Shown here piece by piece: positions 58,138 to 64,000 of a DNA stretch of 64,000 bases. A program made the translations under genes and the position numbers. The stretch spans positions 33,434 to 97,433 of the forward strand of contig JANXAU010000040.1 in NCBI GenBank assembly GCA_025061735.1, in the 5' to 3' direction. The DNA comes from Candidatus Bipolaricaulota bacterium (GTDB lineage: Bacteria > Bipolaricaulota > Bipolaricaulia > RBG-16-55-9 > DRXL01). Under the pieces are notes generated by a model, which saw only the letters and a program-made list of their open reading frames with translations, made no database searches and was not told the origin of the DNA. Positions within the stretch are counted from its first letter, which is position 1; each line of letters begins with the position of its first letter.

Positions 58138-59817
58138 GTGCGCGTAGGGCTGGCACAGATCAACACGACCGTTGGAGATTTCTCCGGCAACAGCGCAAAA
58201 GTTCTAGAATACTTAGAACGCGCTCGCGCCGCCGATCTCGATCTCGTTGCTTTTCCCGAGCTGACCCTCTGTGGCTATCCTCCAGAAGATCTCGTCTTCC
58301 GTCGGGATTTTCGCCGGGCTTGCTCTGACGCGCTCCAGCAGATCGTCCCCAAGGTGCGCGATCTCATCGCGATTGTGGGCTTCGTCGAAGAAGATCAGAA
58401 TTCTGTTTATAACTCCGCTGCCGTGATCGCTGAGGGCCGTCTGATAGGGATCTATCGCAAGCACTTCTTGCCCAATTACGGGGTCTTCGACGAGCTGCGC
58501 TACTTCGCGCCGGGGAGCGAAGCTCTGCTCTTCACCGACGGGCAGCTCGCGTTCGGCGTGACGATCTGCGAAGATTTATGGCGACCGGGCGGGCCAGTCA
58601 GCGTGCTGGCGCACGCCGGCGCGCAGCTGATTGTGAATATTTCTGCGTCGCCCTACGAGATCGAAAAAGGGCGCCAGCGCGAAGCGCTCTTCTCCGCGCG
58701 CGCCACCCAAGAGCAGACCGCGCTCGCGTTCTGCAATCTCATCGGCGGGCAAGACGAACTGATCTTCGACGGACAGAGTCTCATCTATAACGCCAACGGG
58801 GAGTTGCTCGCGCGGGCCAGAGCCTTTGAAGAAGACTTGCTGATTGCCGATCTAGAGCTTCAGCCTCAAAAGACCGTGCGCCCAAGCAAGGGCGTGACGG
58901 TGATACGCTTGTCAAAGGGGCTGCGCGCTCCCCAGCGCGTATTAACAGCCCGCATCGAGCCGACGCTCCCCGACGACGAAGCGATCTACCGCGCGTTGGT
59001 CTTAGCGACGAGAGACTATCTGAGAAAGAACGGCTTTCAGCGCGCCTTGGTTGGGCTGTCAGGGGGCATCGATTCTTCGCTAGTGGCGACCATCGCGACC
59101 GATGCGCTGGGCGCCGAGAACGTCATGGGGGTCTTTCTCCCCTCGAGACTGACTTCGCAAGAGAGCCGCGAGATCGTCCAGCAGTTAGCGCGCAATCTCA
59201 AGATTAAATTATTTGTGCTCGAGATAGACGCGCTCTACGAGCGAGCGCTTCAGACGCTCGCGCCGATCTTCGCGGGCGCGCCCCCCGACGCCACCGAAGA
59301 GAACCTACAGGCGCGCCTGCGCGCTCTGCTCTGGATGGCTCTTTCTAATAAGTTGAACGCTCTCGTCTTAACCGCGGGGAACAAGAGCGAACTCTCGGTG
59401 GGCTACGCGACGCTCTACGGCGACTTGGCCGGCGGCTTCGCCGTGCTCAAAGATATCTCCAAGACGCGCGTCTATAGATTAGCGCGATGGCGCAACTCGC
59501 AAAGCCCGGTCATCCCCACAAGGGCGTTGACCAGAGCGCCGACCGCCGAGCTACGCCCCCATCAGACCGACGAGGCCGATCTCCCCCTGCCCTATAGCGA
59601 TCTCGATCGCGTGCTCGAAGCGCTGATCGAGCGCAACGAGAGCATCGAGCAGATCGCAGACTCTCTGAAAATACCTAAAGAAGCCGTGCGCCGTGTGACA
59701 GCATTAGTAGCCCAGAGCGAGTACAAGCGTCGGCAAGCGCCCGTGGGGCCGAAGATCACCCGACGAGCCTTCGGGCGCGACTGGCGACAACCGATCACCC
59801 AACGCTATCTGACGTAG
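58138..59817 (+). CDS. nadE: Glutamine-dependent NAD+ synthetase
   Basis: Nitrilase E-K-C triad, SGGIDS, EYKRRQAP. Confidence 0.95.
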   Translation: MRVGLAQINTTVGDFSGNSAKVLEYLERARAADLDLVAFPELTLCGYPPEDLVFRRDFRRACSDALQQIVPKVRDLIAIVGFVEEDQNSVYNSAAVIAEGRLIGIYRKHFLPNYGVFDELRYFAPGSEALLFTDGQLAFGVTICEDLWRPGGPVSVLAHAGAQLIVNISASPYEIEKGRQREALFSARATQEQTALAFCNLIGGQDELIFDGQSLIYNANGELLARARAFEEDLLIADLELQPQKTVRPSKGVTVIRLSKGLRAPQRVLTARIEPTLPDDEAIYRALVLATRDYLRKNGFQRALVGLSGGIDSSLVATIATDALGAENVMGVFLPSRLTSQESREIVQQLARNLKIKLFVLEIDALYERALQTLAPIFAGAPPDATEENLQARLRALLWMALSNKLNALVLTAGNKSELSVGYATLYGDLAGGFAVLKDISKTRVYRLARWRNSQSPVIPTRALTRAPTAELRPHQTDEADLPLPYSDLDRVLEALIERNESIEQIADSLKIPKEAVRRVTALVAQSEYKRRQAPVGPKITRRAFGRDWRQPITQRYLT

Positions 59818-59826
59818 CACCTCACC

Positions 59827-62397
59827 TCAAGAGAGCTGCGCCTTCAGCTGAGCCAACACTTCCAGAGCCTCCAGCGGGCTGAGCTTGTTGATATCTATCT
59901 CTTTGAGCCGCTGGAGCACGGGGTGCTCCTCGGCTCGAAAGATCGCCAGCTGTCGAACAAAGCGGGGATCGCGCTTGCGAAGCTCTCCCATCGCATCGAG
60001 GGGATTGTTCTGTAAGATCTTCTGCAAGATCTCGTCGGCCCTCTGGGTCACCGAGCTGGGCAGGCCGGCCATGCGCGCCACGTGCACGCCGTAGCTGCCC
60101 TCGGCAGCGCCTTCGGCTATCTGGTGCAGAAAGATCACTTGGTTGCTGTACTCTTTGACGAGCGCGTTCATGTTTTTGATCCCCGGCACGCGCTCGGCCA
60201 GCTTCGTCAGCTCGTGATAGTGGGTCGCAAAGAGCGTCTTGGCCTTGGTCTGGGTGGCCAAGTGCTCGGCTACTGCCCATGCGATGCTCACACCGTCGAA
60301 CGTGCTCGTGCCCCGCCCCATCTCGTCCAAGATAATCAAGCTGCGCTCGGTCGCGTTGTTGAGGATATTAGCCGTCTCGAGCATCTCGACCATGAAGGTG
60401 CTGTAGCCCGAAGCGAGCATGTCGCTGGCGCCAACGCGCGCAAAGATCTTATCTACAATCGGCAGCTCCGCGGCTGTCGCCGGCACGAACGACCCGATCT
60501 GCGCCATCAGAGCGATCAGCGCGATCTGTCTTAAGTAGACGCTCTTGCCGCTCATGTTAGGTCCGGTCAAGATCACGAGATGCTCGTCTTCTTTTAAGTG
60601 AAGGTCGTTGGGGACGAACTGCCCGCTGGCGAGCAGGCGTTCGACGATGGGGTGTCGGCCCTCGCGAATCGAGATCGCTCTTCTCTCCGTAAAGCGCGGG
60701 CGCGTGTAGCGATGGAGCTGCGCCACTTCGGCCAAGCTGCTCCACAGGTCAAGCTGCGCTACGATCTGTGCGAATTGCTGAATCTCTCGGATCTTTTGAG
60801 CAGCTTGGTCCCGCACCTGACAGAAGAGTTCGTACTCCAGGCGCTTGGCGCGCTCTTCGGCCGAGAGAATCTTCTCTTCGTACTCTTTGAGTTCGGGCGT
60901 GACAAAGCGCTCGGCGTTGGCCAACGTCTGCTTTCTGTGATAATCCGCAGGCACGCGCTTGGCCGCGGCCTTGCTCACTTCGAGATAATACCCAAAGACG
61001 GTATTGAAGCCGACTTTGAGCGTCTGAATCTGAGTGCGCTCGCGCTCGCGGGCTTCGAGTTCTAGGATCTTGCGCTTATAGATCCTCTGCTGAGCGTGAA
61101 GCTCGTCAAGTTCTGGCGAGAAGCCATCTTTGATGATATGGCCCTCTTTGAGTTCGAGGGGGGCGTCGTCGCGAATGGCGCGACTGAGCAATTGATTCAG
61201 CTCTTCTAGTGAGAGGGAGTCGAGCGTCTGCGCGGCGTGCCGCAGCAGCACGGGCGCCTCTTGCTCACCCCATTCTGTCAGTTGTCTGCGCAGCTCCGGC
61301 AGATGCTCTAGAGACTGGCGCAACGCGAGCAGGTCTCTGGGGGTAGAGCGTCCCGCGCCCAAACGCCCCGCCAATCTCTCCAGATCACCAAGACGCTTCA
61401 GGAGTTGGCGCAGCTCGCCGCGCTCCAAGCCGCGCTCGAAGAAGAACTCTACGGCGTCGAGGCGACGCTCGATCTCCGTGCGATCTAAGAGAGGAGCCGA
61501 GAGCCATTGCCGCAAGAGGCGTTCCCCCATGCTCGTGAGGGTCTGATTGAGCACCGAGAAGAGCGTCGCTTGGGAGCTGCTGGTGCGCAGCTCCTCGAAG
61601 ATCTCCAAGTTGCGTTGCGTGAACGCGTCTAGGGTCATCTGCTGGGAGAGCGCGTAAAACTTTGGGGGACTCAAGTGATGCAGTGCGTCTCTTTGGGTCT
61701 CTTGCAGATACGAGAGCAATCCGGCGGCGCTGCGCGCCGCAAGTTCGGTCAACCCCAGACCGTCCAAGGAGACCAGCCCGAAGCGCTGAAGCAGCGTCTT
61801 TATCTGAAAGCCGAAGGGGTCGCGTTCGCTGCGGGCGGCGGGAAGCTCTGGCGCTTCGAGGGGCCAGCGTTGCAAAAAGCCCTTGGGCAGCACCATCTCG
61901 GTGGGTTTAAGGCGCAACAGCTCGTGGCGCAGCTCAGAAAAAGCAAGCTCGGTGGCGCGAAAATCGCCCGTGGAGACATCGGCATAGGCCAAGCCGATGC
62001 GCTCGTCTTCGTCATAGAGGGCCGCGATATAATTGTTCTGCCCGCGCTCTAGCAGCTCTTCTTCTAAGACCGTCCCCGGCGTGATAATCCGCACGACGCC
62101 GCGCTCGACCAAGCCCTTGGCCTCATGAGCCTCCTGGAGCTGCTCGCAGATCGCGACTTTATAGCCCTTCTTCAAGAGCTGATTGATATAGAACGTCGCG
62201 CGCTTGATGGGCACTCCGGCCATGGGGGCGTCTTCGCGCTTGGTCAGCGCGATCTCCAGCTCTCTGGCGGTCAGCTCGGCGTCTTCAAAGAACGTCTCGT
62301 AGAAGTCGCCCAACTGAAAGAAGAGAATAACGTCTTGGTGTTGAGCTTTGATGCGCAGGTACTGCTGCATCATGGGGGTAAGTCTGGGCTTGGCCAT
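59827..62397 (-). CDS. mutS: DNA mismatch repair protein MutS
   Basis: TPMMQQY, GDFYE, TGPNMSGKS, STFMVEM, DEMGRGTS. Confidence 0.97.
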   Translation of the reverse strand: MAKPRLTPMMQQYLRIKAQHQDVILFFQLGDFYETFFEDAELTARELEIALTKREDAPMAGVPIKRATFYINQLLKKGYKVAICEQLQEAHEAKGLVERGVVRIITPGTVLEEELLERGQNNYIAALYDEDERIGLAYADVSTGDFRATELAFSELRHELLRLKPTEMVLPKGFLQRWPLEAPELPAARSERDPFGFQIKTLLQRFGLVSLDGLGLTELAARSAAGLLSYLQETQRDALHHLSPPKFYALSQQMTLDAFTQRNLEIFEELRTSSSQATLFSVLNQTLTSMGERLLRQWLSAPLLDRTEIERRLDAVEFFFERGLERGELRQLLKRLGDLERLAGRLGAGRSTPRDLLALRQSLEHLPELRRQLTEWGEQEAPVLLRHAAQTLDSLSLEELNQLLSRAIRDDAPLELKEGHIIKDGFSPELDELHAQQRIYKRKILELEARERERTQIQTLKVGFNTVFGYYLEVSKAAAKRVPADYHRKQTLANAERFVTPELKEYEEKILSAEERAKRLEYELFCQVRDQAAQKIREIQQFAQIVAQLDLWSSLAEVAQLHRYTRPRFTERRAISIREGRHPIVERLLASGQFVPNDLHLKEDEHLVILTGPNMSGKSVYLRQIALIALMAQIGSFVPATAAELPIVDKIFARVGASDMLASGYSTFMVEMLETANILNNATERSLIILDEMGRGTSTFDGVSIAWAVAEHLATQTKAKTLFATHYHELTKLAERVPGIKNMNALVKEYSNQVIFLHQIAEGAAEGSYGVHVARMAGLPSSVTQRADEILQKILQNNPLDAMGELRKRDPRFVRQLAIFRAEEHPVLQRLKEIDINKLSPLEALEVLAQLKAQLS

Positions 62398-62459
62398 ACG
62401 GTTTGCATCATAGCAGCTCGGTTCGCCCTTGGCAAGCCGTTAGAGTAGAATAACAGGCT

Positions 62460-63260
62460 GTGAGAGTCAAGAGGACCCAAAAGAAGCGTCGGGTGTTGCT
62501 GGCCCTCGATGTCGGCAACACGATGACCAAGCTGGGGCTGTTCCGGAGCGAAAAGCTGCTTGCGGATTTTCAGCTTGCTTCCAATCGCGAGCGCACCGCC
62601 GATGAGTTGGGGTTGCAGATCAAAGCGCTGCTACACGATCTGGACCCTCCCGAAGACGTGATCATCAGCTCGGTCGTGCCCCATCTCAACGCAGCGTTGG
62701 CGCGGGCCTTCGAGCGCCATTTTCATCTTGAGCCGCAATTTTTGAGCCATCGCTGGGGATTGATCAAGCTCGATGTGGAAGAGCCGTCCAAGGTCGGGGC
62801 GGATCGCATCGCCGACTCGATTGGGGGTTTTCATTTGTATGGCGGGCCGCTGCTGACGATCAACTTTGGCACCGCGACGGTCTTCAATCTCATCTCCAAG
62901 GAGGGGCACTTTTTGGGAGGAGCGATTGCTCCCCAGATGGAGATGGCCGCCGCGGCGCTGACGCAGCGCGCGGCGCAGCTCTACGAAGTCGAGCTGCAGC
63001 TTCCCAACAGCGTGATCGGCAAGACCACCGAGGACAACATTCGGGCCGGGTTTGTGCTGGGCTTTCTCGACCTGGTGCGCGGCCTGATCGAACGGTTCCG
63101 TCGCGAAGCGCGCGCCCCTCTCAGGGTCGTAGCGACCGGCGGACGCGGAGAGTTCTTCGCCAAGCACCTTCCAGAGATCTCCCATTACGACCCCTATCTG
63201 ACGCTCAAGGGCCTGCGCATCGCGTGGCAGCTCCACCAAGAACGCAACACCGCCCCTTGA
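62460..63260 (+). CDS. coaX: Type III pantothenate kinase
   Basis: DVGNT, GADR, FGTAT, GGAI.P, ATGG, LTLKGL. Confidence 0.93.
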   Translation: MRVKRTQKKRRVLLALDVGNTMTKLGLFRSEKLLADFQLASNRERTADELGLQIKALLHDLDPPEDVIISSVVPHLNAALARAFERHFHLEPQFLSHRWGLIKLDVEEPSKVGADRIADSIGGFHLYGGPLLTINFGTATVFNLISKEGHFLGGAIAPQMEMAAAALTQRAAQLYEVELQLPNSVIGKTTEDNIRAGFVLGFLDLVRGLIERFRREARAPLRVVATGGRGEFFAKHLPEISHYDPYLTLKGLRIAWQLHQERNTAP

Positions 63261-63299
63261 CAAAAAAAGCTTTAGCTAATAATATTAGTCTTGGCTAAA
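63257..63299 (+). promoter_or_regulatory. Promoter with DtxR/MntR-like operator
   Basis: TTGACA-17-TAATAT overlapped by TTAG-N6-CTAA (63285-63298), upstream of a metal-binding lipoprotein. Confidence 0.7.
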
Positions 63300-63302
63300 T
63301 CT

Positions 63303-64000
63303 ATGCGATCTCTGATTGTGATCCTAGTCATAGCGGTGGTTCTTTCAGGGTGCACCGGTGACTCTGAAAGGGCCGATCCCCTCCCTCAACGGCGCGTCTT
63401 GGCGACCATCACGATCATCGGTGACATGGTAAGCGTCGTGGGGGGCGAGCGCCTGGAGGTGGCGACGCTGCTGCCTGTGGGGGTAGATCCGCACATCTAC
63501 GAACCTCGCCCCGACGACGTGAAGAAGATCGCGCGCTCTCAGATGGTCTTTGCTAACGGGCTGGGGCTTGAGCTGTGGCTTGAAGAGCTGATCCGGAACG
63601 CCGGAGGCGCGCGCCCCGTCGTCTATCTGGCCGAACCCCTAAGATCGGTCGCGCTCGTCGAACGCACCGGGGCGTACGCCGGTCACGTTGATCCCCATCT
63701 GTGGAACAACGTAGAATACGCGATGCGCTATGTCGAAGAGATCGTCCGCGCCCTCAGCGAACTCGACCCCGACGGGAGAGAGAGCTTCTCTTGGAATGCC
63801 CGACGGTATCAAGAGCAGTTGGCGAAGCTCGATCGCTGGATCTTAGACCAGATCCAGACGATTCCCCCAGAACATCGCAAGCTGGTCACCAGCCACGACG
63901 CGTTTCGCTATCTGTGCCAGCGCTACGGCTTGGAGTGCCTAGGCTCGATCTGGGGCATCACGACCGACGAAGAGCCGTCAGCGGAGAAGATCGCGCGCTT
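63303..64000 (+). CDS. Mn/Zn/Fe ABC transporter substrate-binding lipoprotein, TroA/MntA family (3' end outside the window)
   Basis: LSGC lipobox, DPHIYEP, NGLGLE, DPHLW, HDAF. Absent from the ORF track because it runs off the end. Confidence 0.92.
   Translation, partial: MRSLIVILVIAVVLSGCTGDSERADPLPQRRVLATITIIGDMVSVVGGERLEVATLLPVGVDPHIYEPRPDDVKKIARSQMVFANGLGLELWLEELIRNAGGARPVVYLAEPLRSVALVERTGAYAGHVDPHLWNNVEYAMRYVEEIVRALSELDPDGRESFSWNARRYQEQLAKLDRWILDQIQTIPPEHRKLVTSHDAFRYLCQRYGLECLGSIWGITTDEEPSAEKIAR

Overview
A gene-dense, roughly 60% GC (estimated by eye) bacterial chromosome segment with no phage, transposase or CRISPR array. It contains about 55 CDSs and one tRNA-Ala. The gene content suggests a thermophilic anaerobe with a non-standard outer envelope; my best inference is Bipolaricaulota/Acetothermia-like, which is not proven here. 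Housekeeping genes: gyrA 3' end, gatB, era, recO, purD, uvrC, topA, polA, tsaB, lepB, nadE, mutS, coaX. Metabolic genes: speD-bpsA branched polyamine synthesis, potABC, hutH, GNAT+NSAR, Thermococcales-type HypA plus ATPase-type HypB, nrfHA, etfBA and many peptidases. Most interesting observations: (1) a very divergent sigma-like protein coupled to a zinc anti-sigma membrane protein; (2) secreted proteins with T9SS-CTD/FlgD-Ig-like tails near POTRA-less Omp85-like barrels; (3) a catalytically dead HMG-CoA-synthase/DUF35/thiolase triad; (4) a DUF5678/retropepsin pair inserted into an operon; (5) two unannotated 31-33 aa membrane peptides with their own SD and promoter-like signals; (6) several families of REP-like palindromes, some absorbed into coding sequence; (7) a recurrent -10-like hexamer just before SD-less start codons. 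All family calls come from recognised motifs and recalled homology. No database search was run.
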